From: Deltaproteobacteria bacterium RIFCSPLOWO2_02_FULL_57_26
GTDB lineage: Bacteria; Desulfobacterota; Binatia; UBA9968
Length of the DNA stretch: 48,571 nt
Direction of reading: 5' to 3'
Assembly: GCA_001798455.1 (NCBI GenBank)
Contig: MGSI01000019.1
Coordinates: 1 to 48,571 of the forward strand
The position numbers and the translations under genes were made by a program. The notes below the pieces were generated by a model. It was not told where the DNA came from. It worked only from the letters and a program-made list of their open reading frames with translations, and searched no databases. Below are positions 40,467-48,571 of this stretch, in pieces. The stretch's first letter is position 1; the number at the start of each line of letters is the position of its first letter.

Positions 40467-42935
40467 TCACTGCGGCAAGATACCTGCCCCGGGACCCTCT
40501 TCCTCTTTTTCACTATAGGCGGGGTGATCCTCGCTGGCTTGGCCCGATTCCGCCTTTTTCTTCAAAAAGCTCTCTGGATCCGCTAGCACGAGCGCCTTTT
40601 TCAAAACCTCATCCATGTGGGCGACCATGACAAGCTCGACCGTCTTTAAAATCGTCTGTGGGACCTCCTCGATGTCCTTCTCGTTTTCCGCCGGAATCAG
40701 CACGGTCTTGATCCCACCCCGGTGAGCCGCCAAAACTTTTTCTTTCAACCCACCGATGGGGAGAATGTTGCCCCGCAACGTGATCTCTCCGGTCATGGCG
40801 AGATCGGGACGGACGGGGGTTCGTGTCAGAGCAGAAACCAGGGAAGTCGCCATGGTGATCCCTGCAGAGGGTCCATCCTTGGGAATCGCGCCCTCGGGCA
40901 CGTGGATGTGGACATCAACCTTCTGGTAGAAATCCCTCTCCAGCCCCAGTTCCTCCGCACGCGAGCGGACATAGCTCATGGCTGCTTGGGCCGATTCCTG
41001 CATGACGTCGCCCAACTTACCCGTAATGATGAGCTGGCCCTTGCCCGGCATGATCGTCACCTCGGTCTCCAGCAGCTCGCCTCCCATCTCGGTCCAGGCG
41101 AGACCCGTGGTCACTCCGATACGCTCTTCCACCTCCGCCTTCCCATAACGAAACTTGGGCGCTCCCAGATACTTGTGCAAGCTCTTTGCAGCGACTCGGA
41201 TACTCGCATTCCTGTCCTTCTTGACCACCTCCACCGCTACCTTGCGGCAGATCGAGGCGATCTCGCGGTCCAGATTCCGCACGCCGGCCTCTTTGGTGTA
41301 ATGACGGATCAATCCGAGAATGGAGTTGTCGGTGAAAAAGATATTTTCCTTGGTCAGGCCGTTGGCCTCCCGCTGCTTTTCCACCAGGTATTTCTTGGCG
41401 ATGTTGAGCTTCTCCAGTTCCGTGTATCCAGCAATCCGGATAACCTCCATCCGGTCCTCAAGCGGGCGGGGAATTCGATCTAAGGTATTCGCGGTGGTGA
41501 TGAACATCACCTTGGAAAGATCGTAGTCCAAATCCAGGTAGTGATCGTTAAAGGCGAAGTTCTGCTCCGGATCCAACACCTCCAGCAGGGCTGAAGACGG
41601 GTCGCCGCGAAAATCTGTCGACATTTTATCGACCTCATCCATGAGAAAGACCGGATTGCTCGAGCCGGCCTTCTTCATGAACTGAATGATTTTCCCCGGA
41701 AGGGCTCCGATATAGGTGCGGCGATGCCCGCGGATCTCCGCCTCATCGCGCACCCCACCGAGAGATACGCGGATAAATTTCCGTCCGGTCGCCCGGGCGA
41801 TGGAGCGCCCCAGCGAGGTCTTGCCGACCCCCGGAGGTCCCACCAGGCAGAGGATCGGACCCTTCATCTTCCCCACCAGGCTCTGAACGGCCAGATATTC
41901 GAGGATCCGCTGCTTCACCTTCCCCAAGCCGTAGTGGTCCTCCTCTAGTACCCGTTCGGCCTCCTTGATGTCCAGCTTATCATCGGTAAATTCGTTCCAT
42001 GGAAGGCCCAGGATCCAATCGATGTAGTTCCTGACCACCGTGGCCTCCGCCGACATCGGGGACATCATCTTGAGTTTCTTCAGCTCCTTTTCGACCTTGT
42101 CCCGAGCCTCGGCGGAGAGTTTCTTTTCCTTGATCTTCTCCTCGATCTCCTGAATCTCGTTTTTGAACTCGTCCTTCTCGCCGAGCTCCTTCTGGATCGC
42201 GCGCATCTGCTCGTTCAGATAATACTCTTTCTGGGAGCGCTCCATTTGCTTCTTGACGCGCGAACGAATTCGCCGCTCCACCTCCAGGATCTCGATTTCC
42301 GCGCGCATGTGACCCAACACCTTCTCTAAGCGCTCGGCGGCGTTAAAAGTCTCGATCAGATTCTGCCGATCCTCCAGCTTGATCCCGAGATGGGCCACAA
42401 TCGTATCCGCGAGCCGCGCCGGCTCGTCGATCGAGGAGACCGACGTGACCATCTCGGGCGGGATTTTCTTCTTCAATTTGACGTAATTTTCAAAGGTGCC
42501 GTGGACTTCTCGGATCAGGGCCTTGACCTCCGTGTTCTGCTCCACTACTTCGGCGATCTCCTCGACCTCCACCAGAAAAAAGTCCGGGTGGCTCAAATAA
42601 CGGGTGACCTGAGCCCGCTTTTTGCCCTCGATCAGGACTTTGACGGTGCCGTCGGGGAGCCTCAGCATCTGCACGACGTTTCCCAATGTCCCCACTCGAT
42701 AAATGTCATTTTCGGTGGGGTCATTGGTCTTCGCATCTCTCTGTGATGAGAGAAAAATCGGCCCCTGTTTTTGCGTCGCCTCCTCCAGAGCCTTAATCGA
42801 TCGCTGCCGACCCACAAAAAGGGGCACCACCATGTGAGGGAAAACAATGATGTCCCTTAGCGGCAGCAGAGGCACTCCCACGGAGCCGTTGGCCTCCTTT
42901 TCCTTGTCGTCTTTCTTGTCGTTGCGAAACAACAT
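40467..42935 (-). CDS. lon: ATP-dependent Lon protease (LonA)
   Basis: The ATG at 42935 (GGGGGGAAG upstream) gives MLFRNDKK...[23 protein letters not shown]... Walker A is GPPGVGKTS; protease site is DGPSAG. The ORF-track extension to 43100 overlaps clpX. Confidence 0.96.
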   Translation of the reverse strand: MLFRNDKKDDKEKEANGSVGVPLLPLRDIIVFPHMVVPLFVGRQRSIKALEEATQKQGPIFLSSQRDAKTNDPTENDIYRVGTLGNVVQMLRLPDGTVKVLIEGKKRAQVTRYLSHPDFFLVEVEEIAEVVEQNTEVKALIREVHGTFENYVKLKKKIPPEMVTSVSSIDEPARLADTIVAHLGIKLEDRQNLIETFNAAERLEKVLGHMRAEIEILEVERRIRSRVKKQMERSQKEYYLNEQMRAIQKELGEKDEFKNEIQEIEEKIKEKKLSAEARDKVEKELKKLKMMSPMSAEATVVRNYIDWILGLPWNEFTDDKLDIKEAERVLEEDHYGLGKVKQRILEYLAVQSLVGKMKGPILCLVGPPGVGKTSLGRSIARATGRKFIRVSLGGVRDEAEIRGHRRTYIGALPGKIIQFMKKAGSSNPVFLMDEVDKMSTDFRGDPSSALLEVLDPEQNFAFNDHYLDLDYDLSKVMFITTANTLDRIPRPLEDRMEVIRIAGYTELEKLNIAKKYLVEKQREANGLTKENIFFTDNSILGLIRHYTKEAGVRNLDREIASICRKVAVEVVKKDRNASIRVAAKSLHKYLGAPKFRYGKAEVEERIGVTTGLAWTEMGGELLETEVTIMPGKGQLIITGKLGDVMQESAQAAMSYVRSRAEELGLERDFYQKVDVHIHVPEGAIPKDGPSAGITMATSLVSALTRTPVRPDLAMTGEITLRGNILPIGGLKEKVLAAHRGGIKTVLIPAENEKDIEEVPQTILKTVELVMVAHMDEVLKKALVLADPESFLKKKAESGQASEDHPAYSEKEEEGPGAGILPQ

Positions 42936-42945
42936 AACTTCCCCC

Positions 42946-44199
42946 CTAGGCGCTCTCGGCGGCCTTGCTGTATACCACAATTGGAGGCTCGTTGCGGACC
43001 ACGACCTCGTCGGAGATGATGACCTCCTTGATGTTGAGCTGGGAAGGCATCTCGTACATGACATCGAGCATGATGTTTTCCATGATCGCCCTGAGACCAC
43101 GGGCTCCGGATTTTCTCTTCATGGCCTCCCGGGCGATCGCCTGAAGCGCCTCCTCGGTAAACTTGAGATGGACACTCTCCATCTCAAAGAGCTTCCAATA
43201 CTGTTTGGTGAGCGCGTTCTTGGGTTCCTTGAGGATCCGCACTAGCGCCGCCTCATCGAGCTCATCAAGCGTGGCCACGACCGGCAGCCGGCCGATAAAC
43301 TCGGGGATCAGGCCAAATTTGAGCAGGTCTTGGGGTTGGACTTCGTGCAGGAGCTCACTCGTGCGCCGGCCGTCGCGCTCTTCCAGCTCACCGCCGAAAC
43401 CCATGCGCTTGCGCCCGGTCCGCTTGCGGATGATGTCCTCCAAGCCAACAAAGGCCCCCCCGCAGATAAACAGGATGTTCGTGGTGTCAACCTGGAGAAA
43501 TTCCTGCTGGGGGTGCTTTCTACCCCCTTTGGGCGGCACGCTTGCCATGGTCCCCTCAATAATCTTCAGGAGCGCCTGTTGTACCCCTTCGCCCGAGACG
43601 TCCCGGGTAATCGAGGGATTATCCGATTTACGCGAGATCTTATCGATTTCGTCGATGTACACAATCCCTCTTTGGGCTTTTTCCACATCGTAGTCCGCCG
43701 CTTGAAGGAGGTTAAGGATGATGTTCTCCACATCCTCGCCTACGTAGCCCGCCTCGGTCAGGCTCGTCGCGTCCGCGATGGTAAAGGGAACCTGCAGAAA
43801 ACGTGCCAGCGTTTGTGCCAGCAGCGTTTTCCCCGAGCCGGTGGGCCCCAGCAGCAGGATGTTGCTCTTCTGCAATTCCACATCCCCCGTCATCATCTGG
43901 CTGTCGATCCGCTTGTAGTGGTTGTGGACGGCGACTGCTAAAATTTTCTTCGCCCGCTCCTGGCCGATGACGTACTGGTCTAAGACTCGCTTAATCTCGA
44001 CCGGCTTGGGAACATTAGAAGAGGAGGCCAGAGCTTCTTCATGGTCAACCTCCTCCGCGATGATATCGTTGCACAAATCGATGCATTCGTCACAGATGTA
44101 AACGGTCGGGCCGGCGATGAGCTTGCGAACCTCATCCTGACTCTTGCCGCAAAACGAGCAAACAAGATTACCCGATCGGTCTTCACCGTGCTTTGGCAT
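42946..44199 (-). CDS. clpX: ATP-dependent Clp protease ATP-binding subunit ClpX
   Basis: 417 aa. N-terminal zinc finger [11 protein letters not shown]...[10 protein letters not shown]. Walker A is GPTGSGKT. Confidence 0.97.
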   Translation of the reverse strand: MPKHGEDRSGNLVCSFCGKSQDEVRKLIAGPTVYICDECIDLCNDIIAEEVDHEEALASSSNVPKPVEIKRVLDQYVIGQERAKKILAVAVHNHYKRIDSQMMTGDVELQKSNILLLGPTGSGKTLLAQTLARFLQVPFTIADATSLTEAGYVGEDVENIILNLLQAADYDVEKAQRGIVYIDEIDKISRKSDNPSITRDVSGEGVQQALLKIIEGTMASVPPKGGRKHPQQEFLQVDTTNILFICGGAFVGLEDIIRKRTGRKRMGFGGELEERDGRRTSELLHEVQPQDLLKFGLIPEFIGRLPVVATLDELDEAALVRILKEPKNALTKQYWKLFEMESVHLKFTEEALQAIAREAMKRKSGARGLRAIMENIMLDVMYEMPSQLNIKEVIISDEVVVRNEPPIVVYSKAAESA

Positions 44200-44211
44200 A
44201 GAATCCCCGCC

Positions 44212-44814
44212 TCACTTCTTGGAATTGGTTTCCGGCCGGTTCACGATCACCTCATCCACCAAACCGTACTCCATGGCCTGCTTCCCGCTCATAAAAAGGT
44301 CGCGATCCGTGTCCTTCTCGATTCGCTTCAGGCTCTGTCCCGTATGTAGCATAAGGATGTTGTTAAGCTCTTCCCTTACACGCAAGATCTCGCGCGCCTG
44401 TATATCCACGTCGGCCGCTGTGCCCTGAAAGCCCCCCAAAGGCTGGTGAATCATGATCCGGGCGTGGGGAAGCGCATAACGCTTTCCCTTCGTCCCCGCC
44501 GCTAAAAGGAGGGCTCCCATGCTAGCGGCCTGACCGATGCAGACCGTCGAGATCTGGGGCTTCACGTACTGCATGGTATCGTAGACAGCGAGACCCGCGG
44601 TCACCGAGCCCCCGGGGGTGTTGATGTAGAAATAAATATCCCGCTCCGGATCCTCAGACTCCAGAAAAAGGAGCTGGGCGGTAATCAAATTGGCCACCTC
44701 GTCCGTGATCACCGTCCCCAAAAAGACGATCCGGTCCTTGAGCAAGCGCGAGTAGATGTCATAGGCTCTTTCGCCCCGCCCCGTTTGCTCGACGACGATC
44801 GGGATGAAGTTCAT
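44212..44814 (-). CDS. clpP: ATP-dependent Clp protease proteolytic subunit ClpP
   Basis: The ATG at 44814 gives [25 protein letters not shown]... The ORF-track TTG at 44826 is 4 codons longer. Active-site context is GQAASMGA. Confidence 0.95.
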   Translation of the reverse strand: MNFIPIVVEQTGRGERAYDIYSRLLKDRIVFLGTVITDEVANLITAQLLFLESEDPERDIYFYINTPGGSVTAGLAVYDTMQYVKPQISTVCIGQAASMGALLLAAGTKGKRYALPHARIMIHQPLGGFQGTAADVDIQAREILRVREELNNILMLHTGQSLKRIEKDTDRDLFMSGKQAMEYGLVDEVIVNRPETNSKK

Positions 44815-44847
44815 CTTCGGGATCAATCCTTCCGCAACTAAACCATT

Positions 44848-46164
44848 CTAACTTTTTTTACCCTGCGCATCAACCTTTGACCCGCTCCAATCCTTCTCGG
44901 TCACTTTGGCATGGTCGAATAAAATATCAACCGTCCGCTCGAAAACCATCTGGGAACGAAGCTCTTCTCGCGCATCGTCTCGGGCATAGATGCGGTGCAC
45001 GGTCGGTCCCTTCTCCCCGGCTGACCGTGCCATTTGATCGATCCGCTCTCGGATCTCATCGTCCGAAACCGAGGTCTTTTCCAGCTGCGCAATCTTCTCG
45101 ATCAAGAGCGTAGCGCGCACCTGGCGCTCGGCCTGCGGCTCCAACTCTTTCCGCAACCGCTCCGGCGCCGGCACTTGGCCAGACCCCTCGTTCGGGAGGC
45201 GCGCCTGCTGGCGCTCCAACAGGTAGCGAAGCTGGCGCTCCACCATGGCGGCTGGAACCTCGAAGGGATGGACCTCGATCAAGCGAGTGAGCAGCTGTTC
45301 TTTCAGGTCTCTCGTCTGAAGCTCTTTGAGCTCGTTCTCAAGGCGGGCACGGATTTTCTGGCGCAACTCCTCGAGAGAGCCGCATTCGCCGCGGTCCTTG
45401 GCAAACTCATCATCGAGAGGAGGCAGGATCTTTTTTTTGATGTCCCGAACGGTAACGGAAAACTCAACCACTCTTCCCGCTAGCTCTCGATTAAAATAAT
45501 CTTCCGGGTACGCGACACTAATATGATGTTCTCCATCCATTTTCAACCCAATGAGGGCCGCTTCAAACTGAGGCAGTGCATCGCCGCTGCCGATCTCAAC
45601 AGGATAGTTCCGGGCCTCGCCTCCCGAAAACGGTTTGCCACCGATGGAACCGGTAAAATCGAGCACCACGAAATCCCCTCGCTCGACCGCGTCGCGCCCC
45701 TCCACGGGTTCCAATTGGGCGTGGCTGTGCTGCAGACGGCGAAGCGCCTCGTCCACCTGCTCATCTTCCACCTTGAGTTTGAGCTTTTCCACCTCTAACC
45801 CGAGATAGTTTTTCGCCTCGATGTCTGGCTTGACCTCAACCACCGCGGAGAATGTAAAGGTCCTATCTTCTTCCAAGGGGTCGGCCTCGACTTCAGGATG
45901 GGAGACCACCCGGAGCCCCTTCTCTTTGATGATTTCACTTAAGGACTGCTCCACCAAACGCGAACGAACCTGCCCTCGAACTTCGCCCCCGTAGAGGCCT
46001 TCCAGCAGAGAGCGTGGCGCCTTGCCGGGTCGAAACCCGCGGATCTTGACGCGCCTGCCGAGCCCTTCGTAGGTACGGAAAAATTCCTGGTTCACTGCCT
46101 CCGCAGGAAGCTCCACGCGGATTCTACGCCGAATCGAGCTTAAGATGTCGAGGTCGACTTTCAT
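44848..46164 (-). CDS. tig: trigger factor
   Basis: 438 aa: MKVDLDILSSIRRRIRVELPAE...RVKIRGFRPGKAPRSLLE... (ribosome-binding signature GFRPGKxP). Upstream of clpP. Confidence 0.95.
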   Translation of the reverse strand: MKVDLDILSSIRRRIRVELPAEAVNQEFFRTYEGLGRRVKIRGFRPGKAPRSLLEGLYGGEVRGQVRSRLVEQSLSEIIKEKGLRVVSHPEVEADPLEEDRTFTFSAVVEVKPDIEAKNYLGLEVEKLKLKVEDEQVDEALRRLQHSHAQLEPVEGRDAVERGDFVVLDFTGSIGGKPFSGGEARNYPVEIGSGDALPQFEAALIGLKMDGEHHISVAYPEDYFNRELAGRVVEFSVTVRDIKKKILPPLDDEFAKDRGECGSLEELRQKIRARLENELKELQTRDLKEQLLTRLIEVHPFEVPAAMVERQLRYLLERQQARLPNEGSGQVPAPERLRKELEPQAERQVRATLLIEKIAQLEKTSVSDDEIRERIDQMARSAGEKGPTVHRIYARDDAREELRSQMVFERTVDILFDHAKVTEKDWSGSKVDAQGKKS

Positions 46165-46199
46165 TTTCCATCAGTCGGTATGAGGGGAACCATGGTCTG

Positions 46200-46283
46200 T
46201 GGTGCGAGAGGGGGGACTCGAACCCCCACGGGTTACCCGCTAGATCCTAAGTCTAGTGCGTCTGCCAATTCCGCCACTCTCGC
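46200..46283 (-). tRNA. tRNA-Leu (anticodon TAG), long variable arm, CCA encoded
   Basis: GCGAGAG/CTCTCGC acceptor, anticodon loop CTTAGGA, T-arm GGGGG-TTCGAGT-CCCCC. Confidence 0.9.
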
Positions 46284-46781
46284 GCCCCACAAGATCGGTG
46301 GGCTAGAAGAGCTTCGGCTCCTGACCCGCCATGCTTAAGAAGCCCCACAAGCGATCCTGCCAAGGAAGAAGAGTAAGGAACAAAAGAAAGCATGTCAAGT
46401 AATCATTAAAGTTTTGTCCGCAAGGCGAGAGCGAACCCGGCGAATGACCCGGTTTGTGAAATCTTTTCATAGAGAATGCAAACAGGACACGTGGCGGCGC
46501 GTAACACCATCATAACTTCCTTTTTATCGGATATAGACCCGATTCCCAGAATTTGGAAAAAAGCGGGCTCCCCTTTCCCATTTCCTAGAAAGTCAACTCC
46601 TATGGGATGAAAGTCCGGCGGGTGTGATCCAGCTCAAAGCTTTCCCTCTTTCTCTTGGTACGGATCTTGCGCAAAGCGCTGGTCAGCCCATCTTCAAACG
46701 AGTGTGCTAAAACAAAGACGGATCGGCGCCCACGGTTAAAATCATCAATGCGTCGAATCAGAAACGGGAGGATCTCAGGTT

Positions 46782-47183
46782 ATGGAAGCGATCGTTATCA
46801 ACCCGCCGCAACTGGTGCAGCCCAGAGGGTACAACCATGGATTCAAAATAACCGGGGCGGCTACCCTACTTTTTCTCGGCGGACAAGTGGGATGGGACCA
46901 AGACGGCCGCCTTGTCGGAGAAAACGATGTCGTCGCCCAGTTTGACAAGGCTCTGCAAAATATCCTCGCCGTTGTGAAAGCGGCGGGCGGCGAGCCTGAA
47001 AGCATCGTCAAACTCAACCTCTACGTCACCGACAAAGAGGCTTACCTCGCCGCTCAGAAAGAGTTGGGGCTGGTCTACCGCCGACATATGGGAAAACACT
47101 TTCCCACCATGACGCTGGTCGAGGTCAAGAGCCTTTACGAACCCGGAGCAAAGGTGGAAATAGAAGGCTTGGCGGTTCTATAA
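46782..47183 (+). CDS. RidA/YjgF/L-PSP family protein (putative reactive enamine/imine deaminase)
   Basis: 133 aa: ...LFLGGQVGWDQDGRLVGENDVVAQFDKALQNILAVVKAAGGEPESIVKLNLYVTD...VEVKSL..PGAKVEIEGLAV. GGGAGGA lies upstream. Confidence 0.8.
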   Translation: MEAIVINPPQLVQPRGYNHGFKITGAATLLFLGGQVGWDQDGRLVGENDVVAQFDKALQNILAVVKAAGGEPESIVKLNLYVTDKEAYLAAQKELGLVYRRHMGKHFPTMTLVEVKSLYEPGAKVEIEGLAVL

Positions 47184-47263
47184 GGCAGGCCCAAGCGTAT
47201 CCCTATTCACGCACGGGCGAGATGGTTTCTGCTCCGCTGGGATTTTTTCACCTGCGGATTCCA

Positions 47264-48571
47264 TCAAAGCCCCAACCAATAATCCCACCACTCCCCCGCG
47301 GAAGGTTCCTCACAGGGCAACTGCGCGATCAAAGAGTGGCTCAACGCTTGCGGCGTGCCGAGCTGCGCTGCACGGTGATGCAGTTCCGCAATCCACTCAC
47401 GGTGAAGCCCTGCGGCTGTGGCCTCCTCGACAGTCGCCGCCACATAGTCGGTACCGTGAGCCCGCTCATGAACGATGGGCCCCTGGCCGAGCAAGGCGAG
47501 CACCGCCCGCCTTGGCCCCTCGTCAAAGATAAGGTCGGGTACGTCGAAGACCGGCAGGTCATGGCGCACAACTTCGGCGCCTGTTCGATGAACGGGCGGG
47601 ATGTCAAGCCCGGCGGCAGGGTAGAGGCGACCGTAGGTCTCGTGCGTGTGAACGATCGCACGGACATCGGGTCTAGCCATAAAGATGTCGCGGTGGAGGA
47701 AGCGGAAGGGGGGAGGCTCCAGGGGACCGTCCACCCAATGGCCCGCCATATCGACGGTTGCCAGCTCTTCAGCTTGCAGCCGCCCGAGATCACCGCGCGG
47801 GCTGATGACAAATCGATCTGAGTTGGGCAGGCGGTGGCTTACATGCTCCAAATGCCGGACGACGCCGAAGCGCCGCAGGATATGGCAAGCGCTTGCCACC
47901 AACTTCTTGACGCCCTCGACCGAGTCCGGGCTTGGGTTGGGCGGCGGTGGTGGCTTGGAACCTGGATCCAGCGTGGCGTAATAAGCACGGAAGTCTTCCA
48001 TGCTGGCCCTTTGCGCAGCTATGCGCTCGGCGTGCTGGCGGCTGACGGTTTTGAGTTTTCCCATGGAAGCCGCAAGACGGCTCAGCCTCGCAAGCTCCTC
48101 AAGTTGCTGGGCGCGGCAAAGCACCTCGGCCAACCCAGAGCCCACGACCAGCAGTCCGTGGCCAGGGAGCTGGCAGGCTGGAGCCCGACCCAAGACGCGA
48201 GCAAGGGCATCGGCCTGACCTGGCGTGGTGACGAGCTCCCCGCGGCCGTAGCGTGGCAGAGGTGACTGGATCAGGTCAGCGCCCTGATGAGCCAAAGCGA
48301 GCAGCCCCCGCTCCACCAGCCCGAAGGCGAGCATCTCAGGCTGGTGCGTATGCAATACTGCGCTAACGTCCGGCCGGGCGCGGTAGATGGCCAAATGCAT
48401 GGCGAGATCGTGCGGAGCAGGGAATTCCCCCTCCAGCACTCGCCCATCCATTCCGACTGCCAGCAAGTCGGAAGCGCGCAGCCGGTTCGGCGGCGGGCTG
48501 CCCGGAGCCCTGCCAGGCGTAACGAGAAACCTCTCCTCACCAATCTTAACGCTCGCATGGCCGAGCAGGCT
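47264..48571 (-). CDS. two-domain class II aldolase/adducin-family protein, 5' end outside the window
   Basis: The reading frame stays open to base 48571 (…GHASVKIGEERFLVTPGRAPG… precedes the ORF-track TTG). Domain 1 has VLHTHQP and PGHGLLVVG. A Pro-rich linker DPGSKPPPPPNPSPDS follows. Domain 2 has IVHTHETY and ERAHGTDYV. Confidence 0.7.
   Translation of the reverse strand, partial: SLLGHASVKIGEERFLVTPGRAPGSPPPNRLRASDLLAVGMDGRVLEGEFPAPHDLAMHLAIYRARPDVSAVLHTHQPEMLAFGLVERGLLALAHQGADLIQSPLPRYGRGELVTTPGQADALARVLGRAPACQLPGHGLLVVGSGLAEVLCRAQQLEELARLSRLAASMGKLKTVSRQHAERIAAQRASMEDFRAYYATLDPGSKPPPPPNPSPDSVEGVKKLVASACHILRRFGVVRHLEHVSHRLPNSDRFVISPRGDLGRLQAEELATVDMAGHWVDGPLEPPPFRFLHRDIFMARPDVRAIVHTHETYGRLYPAAGLDIPPVHRTGAEVVRHDLPVFDVPDLIFDEGPRRAVLALLGQGPIVHERAHGTDYVAATVEEATAAGLHREWIAELHHRAAQLGTPQALSHSLIAQLPCEEPSAGEWWDYWLGL

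Noticed and set aside
42936-43100. N-terminal 55-codon extension of the lon ORF
   Set aside because: It overlaps the 3' end of clpX. The ATG at 42935 has a strong SD and gives a normal Lon N-terminus.
46303-46470. 55-codon minus-strand ORF (MKRFHKPGHSPGS…) in the gap upstream of tRNA-Leu
   Set aside because: No SD, odd composition, and it overlaps the candidate promoter. There is no support beyond being open.
46431-46625. RNase P RNA-like strings GAACCCGGC (46433-46441) and GAAAGTCCGG (46609-46618) in the large gap
   Set aside because: In bacterial RNase P RNA the GAAAGUCCGG block lies 5' of the ACAGAACCCGGC block. Here the order on the + strand is reversed, and the other conserved regions are not visible. 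Most likely coincidental.

Overview
About 32 kb of this window (2495-34379) is one co-directional minus-strand block of translation and transcription genes. In transcription order it reads: tRNA-Thr(TGT), tRNA-Tyr, tRNA-Gly, tRNA-Thr(GGT), tuf, rpmG, tRNA-Trp, secE, nusG, rplK-rplA-rplJ-rplL, rpoB, rpoC, rpsL-rpsG-fusA. It continues straight into the S10, spc and alpha operons (rpsJ to rplQ, including secY, adk, map, infA, rpmJ and rpoA).

Left flank: two orphan periplasmic solute-binding genes. One is a family-3 amino-acid type that is frameshifted; the other is a TctC/Bug-type receptor.

Right flank: rlmB-like methyltransferase, lptF-lptG (+ strand), argC-rpsI-rplM preceded by tRNA-Val and tRNA-Asp, and hup-lon-clpX-clpP-tig preceded by tRNA-Leu. 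After a ~500-nt non-coding gap come a RidA-family gene and a two-domain class II aldolase that runs off the window edge.

I found no rRNA, CRISPR array, transposase, integrase or defence-like genes, and no gene-encoded novel system. This is core housekeeping DNA of a diderm (lptFG present) that is not a cyanobacterium (rpoC is unsplit).

The unexplained signal is non-coding:
- Almost every intercistronic spacer longer than ~30 nt is built from AT-rich tandem repeats held in a strict 7-nt register (9-nt in one case). Exact 12-25-nt motif families are shared between distant spacers and a tRNA-tRNA spacer.
- A canonical intrinsic-terminator-like hairpin with a U-tract sits between rpsG and fusA.
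- EF-Tu carries a four-cysteine insertion.
- rpmD (L30) is absent from its canonical slot.
- L17, S11 and S19 carry charged or Pro-rich terminal extensions.

Several ORF-track starts are upstream over-extensions, often from TTG or GTG. I trimmed them where an ATG, a Shine-Dalgarno (SD) sequence and a family-typical N-terminus agree.
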